Shown: positions 40,642 to 49,930, counted from the first letter of the stretch. The stretch: DNA of 64,000 nt from Sphingomonadaceae bacterium (GCA_027533105.1 JAPZTW010000008.1:472684-536683); one strand, 5' to 3'. Translations and numbers: made by a program. The notes: generated from the letters alone by a model not told the origin.

Positions 40642-42735
40642 GTGATGCTGCGCCAGTATGAACTTGTCGAGCGGGTGCTCGCCTATGACCCGGACGCCGA
40701 TGAGGCGATGCTCAACCGGGCCTATGTCTATACGGTGCAGAAACACGGCACGCAGAAGCGCGCCAGCGGCGATCCCTATTTCAGCCATCCGGTCGAAGTT
40801 GCGGGGCTGATGACCGAGCTCAAGCTCGATCAGGAAACCATCGTTACCGCGCTGCTGCACGATACGGTGGAGGACACCCTCGCCACCACCGAGGAGATCG
40901 AGCGGCTGTTCGGGCCAGACGTCGCCCGGCTGGTGGATGGCGTGACCAAGCTGTCGAAGATCGAGGCGATGGGCGAGAACGAGCGCGCCGCCGAGAACCT
41001 CAGGAAGTTCCTCCTTGCGATGAGCGAGGACATTCGCGTGCTGCTGGTCAAGCTGGCCGACCGGCTGCACAACATGCGCACGCTGCACTTCATCAAGAAC
41101 CCGGACAAGCGCCGCCGCATCGCCCGTGAAACGATGGATATCTATGCCCCGCTGGCCGAGCGCGTGGGGATGTACGAATACATGCGCGAAATGCAGCTGC
41201 TGGCCTTCGAGCAGCTGGAACCCGAAGCCTATGCCACGATCACCGGGCGGCTGGCCCAGATCCGCGAGACCGATGGCGGCCAGGTCGATGCCATTGCGCT
41301 GGCGATTAAGCAGGCCCTGGCCGAAGCTGGGCTGAAGGTGGAGGTTTCGGGCCGCGAGAAGCACCCCTATTCGATCTGGAAGAAGATGGCCGAACGGCAC
41401 GTCTCGTTCGAACAGATCACCGATATCATGGCCTTCCGGGTGCTGACCGAAAGCGCCCAAGACTGTTATCGCGCACTGGGTGTGCTGCACACGACCTGGC
41501 AGATGATCCCTGGCCGGTTCAAGGACTACATCTCGACGCCCAAGTCGAACGGCTATCGCTCGCTCCATACCAGCCTGATCTATGAGAACTCGATGCGGAT
41601 GGAGGTGCAGATCCGCACCCGCGAGATGCACCGCACCAACGAGTTCGGCCTCTCCGCCCACTGGGCTTACAAGCAGGGTGACAAGCCCGATGGCCAGGTC
41701 GGCTGGCTGCGCGACCTGATCGAGATCGTCGACGCCAGCCACGATGCCGAAGAGCTGCTCGAGCATACCCGCATGGCGATCTACCAGGATCGCATCTTTG
41801 CCTTCACCCCCAAGGGCGCGCTGCACCAGTTGCCCAAGGGCTCGACCCCGGTGGACTTTGCCTATGCGGTCCACTCGGACCTCGGCAACTTTGCCGTCGG
41901 GGCCAAGATCAACGGGCGGCACATGCCGCTGCGCACACCGCTGAACAACGGCGATGTGGTGGAAATCATCAAAAGCCGCTCCGCCTCGCCGCAGCTGGCC
42001 TGGCTGGGCTTCGTCGTGACCGGCAAGGCCCGCGCCGCGATCCGTCGCGCCGTGCGCGCCAAGGAACGCCAGGAAGTCGCCGCGATCGGCCGCAAGCTGC
42101 TGGAGGAGATCTCTGACCGGCTGCCGGCGAAGATCGGCAAGAAGGCCGTGCGCGATGCGGTGAAGCGGCTGGGCCTGGCCAGCGAGGAAGACCTGCTGGT
42201 CGCCATCGGCACAGCCAAGCTGGATGACCGCACGGTGATGGAAGCCCTGGTGCCGGGCAGCACCAAGCACCTGCCCGATCCCGATCACTGGCCGCGGCAG
42301 GAACGCGCGATCTCGATCCGCGGGCTGACGGCGGGCGTGGCCTTCCACCTGGGCGAATGCTGCCATCCGGTTCCGGGCGACCGGATCGTGGGCGTGCGCG
42401 TGCCGGGCAAGGGGGTGGAAGTCCACGCGATTGACTGCATGGCGCTGGCCAGCGGGGTCGATGCCGATTGGCTCGACCTGTCATGGGGCGAACGCACCAC
42501 CGGCGCGGTCGGGCGGATCCGCATGGTGCTGCACAATCGGCCGGGCACCCTGGCCGAAGCGGCCGGCATCTTTGCCGGCAACCGGGCGAACATCGCCGCG
42601 CTGGAAAACTCCAATCGCGACGAGCTGTTCAGCACTTACGAGGCGGAAATCGAGGTGACCGACCTCGCGCACCTGACCCGCATCGTTTCCGCCCTGCGCG
42701 CCAGCGATGCCGTGGCCCAGGCCGAGCGGATCTAG
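40642..42735 (+). CDS. spoT: Bifunctional RelA/SpoT (p)ppGpp synthetase/hydrolase
   Basis: HxxQKRASGDPY, LLHDTVED, GYRSLH, EVQIRT, TGS and ACT domains. Confidence 0.96.
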   Translation: MMLRQYELVERVLAYDPDADEAMLNRAYVYTVQKHGTQKRASGDPYFSHPVEVAGLMTELKLDQETIVTALLHDTVEDTLATTEEIERLFGPDVARLVDGVTKLSKIEAMGENERAAENLRKFLLAMSEDIRVLLVKLADRLHNMRTLHFIKNPDKRRRIARETMDIYAPLAERVGMYEYMREMQLLAFEQLEPEAYATITGRLAQIRETDGGQVDAIALAIKQALAEAGLKVEVSGREKHPYSIWKKMAERHVSFEQITDIMAFRVLTESAQDCYRALGVLHTTWQMIPGRFKDYISTPKSNGYRSLHTSLIYENSMRMEVQIRTREMHRTNEFGLSAHWAYKQGDKPDGQVGWLRDLIEIVDASHDAEELLEHTRMAIYQDRIFAFTPKGALHQLPKGSTPVDFAYAVHSDLGNFAVGAKINGRHMPLRTPLNNGDVVEIIKSRSASPQLAWLGFVVTGKARAAIRRAVRAKERQEVAAIGRKLLEEISDRLPAKIGKKAVRDAVKRLGLASEEDLLVAIGTAKLDDRTVMEALVPGSTKHLPDPDHWPRQERAISIRGLTAGVAFHLGECCHPVPGDRIVGVRVPGKGVEVHAIDCMALASGVDADWLDLSWGERTTGAVGRIRMVLHNRPGTLAEAAGIFAGNRANIAALENSNRDELFSTYEAEIEVTDLAHLTRIVSALRASDAVAQAERI

Positions 42736-43043
42736 ACTTCCAGCGTCACGTCCACTGCATCGCCTTCGCCGATCCCTTCGGCCTTGCGGACGCTGGCCTT
42801 GACCGGCAGCAGCCAGCCCAGTTCCCGTGACGGGAACAGCGAGGTCTTGAAGGTGCTGTCACCGATCGTGGCGGTCACTTTCAGCGAGCCAAACCCGCCG
42901 ATGGTCTTTTCCATCCGCCACATCAGCGCCGTACCCGAAAGGACGTCACCAGCCTCGCCGTCAATCGTCAGGAAATGCCAAGAACCGCCAGAGCCGCCTT
43001 GCCAGCGCCACAGGGTGCCGGTGTGGGTGATTGTTTCGGTCAT
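42732..43043 (-). CDS. DUF1905 domain protein
   Basis: GFGSLKVTATIG..FKTSLFP...LLPVKASVRKAEG. Confidence 0.8.
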   Translation of the reverse strand: MTETITHTGTLWRWQGGSGGSWHFLTIDGEAGDVLSGTALMWRMEKTIGGFGSLKVTATIGDSTFKTSLFPSRELGWLLPVKASVRKAEGIGEGDAVDVTLEV

Positions 43044-43055
43044 GGCCAGGAATAA

Positions 43056-43195
43056 CTCACGCAAAGACGCAAAGACGCGAAGATGTCTATTTGGGCCGAA
43101 GGCCCTTTCAAAGCCGAAAGCAGCGCTGCAGCCTCAGGTTGGGAATTGTGAAGCGGCTTCGCCGATAGCACAGCGTCTTTGCGTCTTTGCGTGAG
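43056..43195. mobile_element. 140-bp MITE-like element with perfect 23-bp terminal inverted repeats
   Basis: CTCACGCAAAGACGCAAAGACGC (43056-43078) and its exact reverse complement (43173-43195). Confidence 0.75.
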
Positions 43196-43203
43196 CCCCC
43201 AAT

Positions 43204-44247
43204 TTACTTCACCCGCCGCACCGGCACCGGAATGTTGCACACGTCCGCCCCGCCGGCCGGGCGGATGAAGAAGGCATCGCGGCGGTTGGCGCGGGCATCG
43301 GCGTAGCGCGCGAAGCTCTCAGTCTCGGTTGAGAGGTATTCGTAAGCCGGCAGGCCACTCACCTCGGTGCCAATCCGCACTGAGACGATTGGCGTGCGCT
43401 CTTCCGCCGTTTCATAGAAGCCCAGCGCCCCGGTCCCGCGCGGCAGGCTGGACAGGTGCTCGATCCCTTCGATCACCCGGCCGACCAGCGCGATATTGCG
43501 ATCGAGATGGCGCGGGGCATGGCCGATCACGGTGTAGAGTTCCGCCCCGGTGCCAGTGTTGGGCGGCATGTCGCGTCCGACGCCAACCATGCCGTAGCAG
43601 TGGACGGGCCAGACTGTGCTGGGCTCATTCCGGTCGCCCGGGATGATGCTTACGGTCGGCATTTCGGCGGCGACAGGCCAGCCACGCCAAAAGCCGTCAT
43701 TTCCGCGGTACGGATCGTGCATTGAGCCATTTCGGAAATTGATCGTGTCGTGGTTGATAGCTCCCGGCTGACGGCAAACTGCAAGGTCGCCAGAGCGACA
43801 GAAAGCTGGGCGGCTGACGGGCAATTCGTAAGCGCTTTCCGGCACCACCGCCAATCCCTCCGGCAGCTTGCGCGCCTTGACCTGGTCCTCGCCATTCGCA
43901 TCGCCCCACTGCACGACATAATTGTCCTGCACCCGGTTGATGCTCAGCCCGTCCCAGAACCGCGCCGCCGCCAGCTTGCGGATGTTGCTCACCCAGCCCT
44001 CGCTGAACGGCGCGGGCATCAGCTGGATCACCACGCGGCGTGGCTTGCCCTTGGCGGAAGCCTGCCCCGGACCCCGATCCGGGGGCGCCAGGTCTATCAC
44101 CATGAGGTCGGAGGCGGCAATCGCCACCCAGTCCGCCTTGGGCGCGGCGTTGACGATCTCGGGCGGGGATGGGACGGCGGCCTTCTCCTGCGCGGTCAGC
44201 GCGGTGGCGGAAAGCAGGGCGGCGAGGGGGAGCAGGTGTTTGCGCAT
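43204..44247 (-). CDS. Periplasmic cyclophilin-type peptidylprolyl isomerase
   Basis: Signal peptide; INRVQDNYVVQWGD, HCYGMVGVGR, HAPRHLDRN. Confidence 0.85.
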   Translation of the reverse strand: MRKHLLPLAALLSATALTAQEKAAVPSPPEIVNAAPKADWVAIAASDLMVIDLAPPDRGPGQASAKGKPRRVVIQLMPAPFSEGWVSNIRKLAAARFWDGLSINRVQDNYVVQWGDANGEDQVKARKLPEGLAVVPESAYELPVSRPAFCRSGDLAVCRQPGAINHDTINFRNGSMHDPYRGNDGFWRGWPVAAEMPTVSIIPGDRNEPSTVWPVHCYGMVGVGRDMPPNTGTGAELYTVIGHAPRHLDRNIALVGRVIEGIEHLSSLPRGTGALGFYETAEERTPIVSVRIGTEVSGLPAYEYLSTETESFARYADARANRRDAFFIRPAGGADVCNIPVPVRRVK

Positions 44248-44287
44248 GGGCGCAGACTTTGCCAGCAAATCGCTTTGCTGCAAGCCG

Positions 44288-44692
44288 TTAGTCCGCCGCC
44301 TCCTCCAGCGCCTCGATATCGGCATCGCTCAGGCCGAAATGGTGGCCAACCTCGTGGATCACCACGTGCGACACCAGGTGTTCCAGCGTCTCATCCCCGC
44401 GCGCGGCCCATTCATCGAGGATCGGCGCGCGAAACAGCCGGATCCGGTCGGGCAGTGCGCCGCTCGGCGCGGAGTGCTTGTCACCCACTGGTACACCCTC
44501 ATAGATCCCGGTCAGCTCGAACGGCTCGTCCAGCCCGACACTGGCCAGGGTCTCGGCATCGGCGAACTCCTCCACCTGCAGCACCACGCCTTCGAGGTGC
44601 GCGGCGAAGGGTTCGGGCAGGCTGGCCAGGGCCGCCAGGGCCAGGGCTTCAATCTCGGCTGCGGAGGGGGCAAGGCCAAAGGTGCGGGTCAT
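44288..44692 (-). CDS. Zincin-like metallopeptidase family protein
   Basis: LTGIYEG, IRLFRAPI, VVIHEVGHHFG. Confidence 0.88.
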   Translation of the reverse strand: MTRTFGLAPSAAEIEALALAALASLPEPFAAHLEGVVLQVEEFADAETLASVGLDEPFELTGIYEGVPVGDKHSAPSGALPDRIRLFRAPILDEWAARGDETLEHLVSHVVIHEVGHHFGLSDADIEALEEAAD

Positions 44693-44836
44693 GCCGGGAG
44701 AGATAGGCATTTGTCCCCGCACCGCCAATGCTTGCGCCCGCCGCCCACCGCCGCTAGGGCGCAGTCCATCCAGGCCGATTGAGTTGGTCGCCTGATTCAC
44801 GGCCCGCACTTCGTGCGATCCGATCAGGCTTAGTGC

Positions 44837-44927
44837 GGAGCGGTGGCCGAGTGGTCGAAGGCGCTCGCCTGGAAAGTGAGTATACGTCAAAAGCGTATCG
44901 AGGGTTCGAATCCCTCCCGCTCCGCCA
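44837..44927 (+). tRNA. tRNA-Ser(GGA)
   Basis: Acceptor GGAGCGG/CCGCTCC, anticodon loop CTGGAAA, long variable arm, GGTTCGAATCC T-arm, G discriminator, encoded CCA. Confidence 0.96.
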
Positions 44928-45302
44928 ATAGCCAATTGAAAATAAATAATAATCCTTTTTATGGGGCCCAAAATGGCGCAGTTCTGCGCCGTTTTCGCTT
45001 GTCGGACCGAACCTCTCAGACTGCCTAAGACATCCAAACCAGTCTCAGAACCTCGTTTGTCTCTTTTCGCCCGAACCTCGGTCCAAAAGGTACGATCGAA
45101 AAATACTGCATATTTCCAATGATATGAAGATGTGAACTGTCCGAACTGTTTGGGTAGATTTTCGCTGGGCGATTGGGCTTAAACCGGCGGTACGGCCTAC
45201 TTTAATCCGCCATGACGCGTAGCTGCCGCCAGGCTGGCATGAGCGGCAGTTCTAAGCGGAAGCCACCAGCAGGCTTTTAACCCGTCGGCGGCAGTCGCTT
45301 AC

Positions 45303-45578
45303 TTAGCCATTCAAGCGATCCTTCACCGCTTTGGCAGCAGCGAAGGTCAGTTTCTTCGAAGCCTTGATCTTGATCGTTTCGCCAGTTGACGGATTGCGGC
45401 CTTCCCGAGCTGGGCTCGCCTTAACCTTGAATTTGCCAAAGCCGTTGAGTGAGATCTCTTCACCCTTGGCGGCCGCGCGAGCGATGGCTTCGCAGATATC
45501 GCCAACCAGCTTGCGTGCGGCAACCTTCGTCAGGCTGTTGGCTTCAGCGATTGCGTCAGCGAGGTCATTATTGTTCAT
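45303..45578 (-). CDS. hup: HU family DNA-binding protein
   Basis: MNNNDLADAIA, GFGKF, REGRNPSTGETI. Confidence 0.93.
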   Translation of the reverse strand: MNNNDLADAIAEANSLTKVAARKLVGDICEAIARAAAKGEEISLNGFGKFKVKASPAREGRNPSTGETIKIKASKKLTFAAAKAVKDRLNG

Positions 45579-45825
45579 TTTGTCTCTCCACGTTTTTTAA
45601 TAAATTGAATGATCGCAGTTGATGTTTAAAATATATCGTGTCATTTCGCAATCTGGTTAAATCAAAATTTAATTAATTATAATATCACGGGGAAATAATA
45701 TGATTTAAAAATTTCTGTATGGATCACCACTACAGTGTTGGTGCTGTAAGTATTTATATCAAGTTCAAAAACGACAAAATTGTGAATGGTATGAGCGTTG
45801 GGTTCGAACAAGATTGATAACCCAG

Positions 45826-46278
45826 CTATTCAGCCGTGCCGTAATTCGCAATACGGGCGAATAGGTAACGATACATTTGTTCATCGCTTACAATGATCTC
45901 GGCTTTGGTCGTGCCGAGTGGGCCTGTCTGGATAATTTGGACGATTTTTGCGCGAACTTCACTTTGGTTGCCATCTGGCAGCACAAGAACATAGATCTTT
46001 AGGTCCTTATCTGAGCTTGCCCCTTTGTCGCCCGTCGCTCCTCTCCTCCCACTGATTTGCCCAGTCGCGCGGTCCACCACATCAAGACGGTACCCTGCCT
46101 CCTTAAACACGCTTGTCGTACGCTCAAAACTTTCTTCGATGCTAAATGGAACGCTGAAGCGCTTGTAGTTATCGTCGAGATTGAAGATTGCCCGATCGGG
46201 TTGCAGTGCGGCAGATCCAGCACACCCAAACAGTAAGAAGGAAACGCCTATTAATGCGATTAAATTGTTGTACTTCAT
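45826..46278 (-). CDS. Hypothetical lipoprotein (150 aa)
   Basis: MKYNNLIALIGVSFLLFG-C lipobox. Confidence 0.8.
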   Translation of the reverse strand: MKYNNLIALIGVSFLLFGCAGSAALQPDRAIFNLDDNYKRFSVPFSIEESFERTTSVFKEAGYRLDVVDRATGQISGRRGATGDKGASSDKDLKIYVLVLPDGNQSEVRAKIVQIIQTGPLGTTKAEIIVSDEQMYRYLFARIANYGTAE

Positions 46279-46305
46279 AGTTCAGCACTCTCAGCTTTGT
46301 ATAAA

Positions 46306-46791
46306 TTACACCTGACTCACTTTATTATTGTCGTTTTCATTCAAGATGTTGAATGGCTCTGAATCAAGTTCAACGAAATATTTGTATATAAACAACGATG
46401 AGACTGAAGTTAAAATTAAAAAAATAAGAGCCCAAGTAATTAAAAATATATAAATTAATTTATTTAATCTCGACAGTCCTTTTTGAATGAATGAAATGTC
46501 ATTTTTTTGACCGTGTAGCAGGGAAAATAACTGCCTGGCCAGTAACTCGTGATCGCGTTGAGTATCTTCTTTGTAGCATTCAATCGAAGAATTAAGTGAG
46601 TCAATGGCTCCAATTGCCACTTTTAAATCCTGAATTATTGCATCATTTTGCGAAATGATGGCCCCATTTGTGATAGTCAGGGACGGATCGCCGCCAGCCA
46701 TTGCTACAAACTCCTTGAGTTGCTCTATGCGCTTGTCCATCATTAGGGAATTCTCTTCGATATCAAAATCTAATTCTAATAAAATTGCCAA
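46306..46791 (-). CDS. Hypothetical protein with C-terminal TM helix
   Basis: Helical N-part plus LIYIFLITWALIFLILTSVSSLFIY; start may be ATG 46743. Confidence 0.65.
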   Translation of the reverse strand: MAILLELDFDIEENSLMMDKRIEQLKEFVAMAGGDPSLTITNGAIISQNDAIIQDLKVAIGAIDSLNSSIECYKEDTQRDHELLARQLFSLLHGQKNDISFIQKGLSRLNKLIYIFLITWALIFLILTSVSSLFIYKYFVELDSEPFNILNENDNNKVSQV

Positions 46792-46792
46792 G

Positions 46793-47596
46793 TTATAGGC
46801 AAGTTAATCTGTATTTTCCGTCTGGTCCTGTCTCGATAATGTAGTTTTGTTTAATCTTGCGCCTGATATGGTGTACGGCTACATGCAGAGCCTTCTTGCT
46901 CATCGGTTGACTGTGCATTGACCCTGCGACCTGTAGCGTCCTTGGCGTGATGAAATTATTCATTGAATTCCATAGCACTTTTAGTATTGCAAATTGCTGA
47001 TCAGTAACGTTATTTTCTAAGCAGGCGCGGATCTTCTGCTCTGTTAATAGCGCTAATTCTTTATTTTTGGCGTGTTTGTAATCAGCTTCTTGCCGCCAAT
47101 TAAGTCTACGATTCAAAGCGTTCAAGCGCGCTTCCGCCTCTTGCTTTGACATGCCCAAATGAAACACATCATCAGCACCAGAGTTTAGTAGATGGGCGGA
47201 ATTTCCAGGAACACAGCACGATACTACCGGTATCAGAATCTTGTTTGGAAGTGATTGCCTGATATCTCTAATAACTCGTAGAACTCGAGAGATGTCATCG
47301 CCACTGATGAGCATCATCTTAAAAGGCTTACTTGCCTGAGCGTAGTGGACTTCATTGCTTGATGAAATCTTATGGACCTGTGCTACGAGCAGGACTTGGT
47401 CCAGCCACATGCGTCGCGCAGCGCAGGTGCGATCCGGGAACTCAAGAAGGCGAATTATTGCTTTATAAGCCTTGCTGCGTTCCTCGAACGTAGATTTCTC
47501 CTCCGCGCCATTTTCATAAACAACTTGAGGATCAGAGTCGCCAAATCTGCTAAAATTAGTGCGAGCGATTTGTAGTTTGGCATAGGAGATCGGCAC
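46793..47596 (-). CDS. Atypical OmpR/PhoB-type regulator (pseudo-receiver plus winged helix)
   Basis: GADDVF...EAEARLNALNRR receiver end; VTDQQFAILKVL...LHVAVHHIRRKI wHTH; phospho-Asp and KP absent. Confidence 0.7.
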   Translation of the reverse strand: MPISYAKLQIARTNFSRFGDSDPQVVYENGAEEKSTFEERSKAYKAIIRLLEFPDRTCAARRMWLDQVLLVAQVHKISSSNEVHYAQASKPFKMMLISGDDISRVLRVIRDIRQSLPNKILIPVVSCCVPGNSAHLLNSGADDVFHLGMSKQEAEARLNALNRRLNWRQEADYKHAKNKELALLTEQKIRACLENNVTDQQFAILKVLWNSMNNFITPRTLQVAGSMHSQPMSKKALHVAVHHIRRKIKQNYIIETGPDGKYRLTCL

Positions 47597-47600
47597 CGCG

Positions 47601-48911
47601 TCAGCCCCTCCTCGCTTCGAGTGAGCGCAAGGTGTGCAGTGAACTTACTGTGTCAGCGATAACCCATTCTGAATGTCTGTTACTAGCTACTGGGTTTTCG
47701 GGCTCGCTTAACGATTGTTCTGTTATCACCATTGGACAGAAAGCGCTGGTCAACGCGACGAGTCCATCTTGAGCTTTGCGCCAATTGGCTTCGCTTTGAC
47801 TTCGACGGGTGAAAAGCTCCGAAATCTTAACGGCGTCAGGCAATAGGGTGTAAATTGTGGATAGATTGGATCCTTTTCCGCCAAAGTCGGCTATAACAAT
47901 CTTTACCCCCAGTGCCTTCAATATTTCGCACAAAGCAATTGCGCGTTGTAGTTGTTCGGTTTTAAGGGCTGCGGGGATCTCTATATAAAGCCGCGTCGCG
48001 AGCGCAGGGTCATTTTTCAATACTTCCGAATGCAACCCCCACCATACGTCTATCTGACAGCTGTTGGCCATCAAGGAGATGCCGAGTCTAAGATCCGGGT
48101 CATTCTTTAACTTAGCGAGCGCCCATTCAACGGTCTCGACATCGTATGCGCGGCCGACACCCATGCGCTCCAATGCTTCAAGCTCTGTGTCAATGGCTTG
48201 GTATCTGCCGCGATCACTAATCCTAAATCGTTTCGCACTTTGATAAAGGGTTTTATCAACAAGCTCTTTAGATACAATGCGACGGGCTCCCCAGACCAAA
48301 TTTTCCATCTGCAAGTCAGCCAGAAGTGCGGCGACATAAATGCTATCCAATTTGTATTGTTCAACCGTGACTTCAAACGCTTTAGCTGCAGCAGCAGAGC
48401 GATCATCCCATCGCGACTCACCAAGAGCGTGATCGACGGTAGAACTGTGGGAGTTTGACTCGGTGCTCTCAGCAATCTCTGTGTGTAATTCGGGTAATAC
48501 GCAAAACGCTCCTGAATCTAATGGTTGGAAAGATAAGCTAAGAAGTAATGGCTTGATAGTGTTGAGCACTTTCCAAAAGCTATCGCGTTGTGAAGTCCAC
48601 ACCGTCCAATGGCCAATCGCATCGCGCTCTATCCTAAGCTGACCACCTAGCTCGCGAACAAGACTTTCAAATTGATGAGCGACCGACTGCTCAATTTTGA
48701 AAGCGACATCACCTCCAAACGCGCATTTGATCCGATCTAAGTTACGCAATTCTATTGTAATTGCCTCGGCCCTCGAGTGCCCCGCATCATGTAACGTTTT
48801 TCCTGCTAACCACCGGCACTCTTCAATGATGTCCCCGCCGTTCAACGGTTGAGTTCTAAGGGGGAAACTTGGAGACGGCACAGTCAATTGCCCCGATGAA
48901 TGGCCTAGCAA
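47601..48911 (-). CDS. Degenerate GGDEF-EAL protein
   Basis: ITIELRNLDRIKCAFGGDV (GGDEF-fold start); LYIEIP, IADFGGKGSNL, PDAVKI, VITE (EAL-fold motifs). Confidence 0.75.
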   Translation of the reverse strand: MLGHSSGQLTVPSPSFPLRTQPLNGGDIIEECRWLAGKTLHDAGHSRAEAITIELRNLDRIKCAFGGDVAFKIEQSVAHQFESLVRELGGQLRIERDAIGHWTVWTSQRDSFWKVLNTIKPLLLSLSFQPLDSGAFCVLPELHTEIAESTESNSHSSTVDHALGESRWDDRSAAAAKAFEVTVEQYKLDSIYVAALLADLQMENLVWGARRIVSKELVDKTLYQSAKRFRISDRGRYQAIDTELEALERMGVGRAYDVETVEWALAKLKNDPDLRLGISLMANSCQIDVWWGLHSEVLKNDPALATRLYIEIPAALKTEQLQRAIALCEILKALGVKIVIADFGGKGSNLSTIYTLLPDAVKISELFTRRSQSEANWRKAQDGLVALTSAFCPMVITEQSLSEPENPVASNRHSEWVIADTVSSLHTLRSLEARRG

Positions 48912-49310
48912 TGATACCTTTTATATAATTTCGTATCATGAGGCAACAGCCCGCTCATTAGCCCCATCATGGATAAATTAACACTTTAATTCAATATTTT
49001 AATGGATCGATCGACTTCAGCTGATGTTGACCCTCCTTGAAGGGCAAAGGCATTTTTGCACACCACGCGGTTCTGCCGCCATTTCTAGCAAATCCAAGGC
49101 TGAAACGGTCTGCCATGCCGACTCAAGCCTTCTGCCCTTGGCTCTGAACGAGCCTGAACCCCAATTTACCTGAGCATGGACGACCGAGGCCGGTCAGATT
49201 GGAGCCAGTCGAGATCGAGCCGAGCCGCCACAAACCCCCAGCACCCGTCTCAGCTATCAGGCGCCGCCCGCAATGCGGCGGTGTTGGCTGCGTTGACCTC
49301 GCCAATCCGT

Positions 49311-49630
49311 AACAGGCGGCCTGAACGGGCTGGTCTCCAGGCGCCATTCCGGCTGCTTCGACCGCTCTGTCTCTGCCCGTTTCATAATCGGTGCGGTTTC
49401 ACTGTTTTTAGGGCGGAACAGGGAAAATCATCAATTTCGCACCCTAAACAGGCCTGATTGGGGCCTGAATCGGCATAGTGCAGCCGGCTGGGCGTGATAA
49501 AGTGCCCTAATTACGGTAGGTTAGATGGAGCAAAATTGCCCTTCCCTGTTATTCGCCGGAACAGGGTACTTTTTCGGCCGTAACAGGGGCTTTAATCGAC
49601 AGGAACAGGCTGTTTGATCGCCAAAACAGG
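49311..49630. repeat. Array of eight AACAGG hexamers
   Basis: Forward at 49311, 49417, 49447, 49560, 49582, 49604, 49625; reverse at 49545. Confidence 0.6.
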
Positions 49631-49631
49631 C

Positions 49632-49930
49632 TCATTCGCTCCAGCGCAAAGCGGGGCCTTGTTCGGCCCACGCAAGCGGGATTTCGCTGCGCACGAGGAA
49701 CTCGAGATTGACGTGGCAGGGTTGGGTTCCTGCGATGATCGCTTGTTGGAACCTGGGGGCGAGGAAGGCGAGGCGCAGCACGCGCCGGTCGTACCACGAG
49801 GTGGGTGCAGCGCCGACCGTGGGACCACCATCGGGCGCTTTCCCGAGCATGGCATGCGCGCGGCGCAGCGCGCTGACCAGGCTGGCATCGGGCTGCGGGG
49901 TCTTCAGTCCTGCAGTGATGGCGCGGGTCT
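49632..49930 (-). pseudogene. C-terminal fragment of a large serine recombinase
   Basis: PDASLVSALRRAHAM...RRVLRLAFLAPRFQQAIIAGTQP...PLAWAEQ; no catalytic N-terminus. Confidence 0.65.

Noticed and set aside
44693-45037. N-terminal extension of the zincin ORF across the tRNA, and ORF 44843-45028
   Set aside because: These are translations of the tRNA-Ser sequence, and the real start is near 44692.
48160-48190. Literal EAL in ELEALERMG as an intact catalytic motif
   Set aside because: It aligns to the downstream FIPALE helix, and the true motif position reads QSAKR.
49123-49457. Short ORFs between the EAL operon and the recombinase relic
   Set aside because: They have no motif or RBS support and are more likely non-coding element-end sequence.
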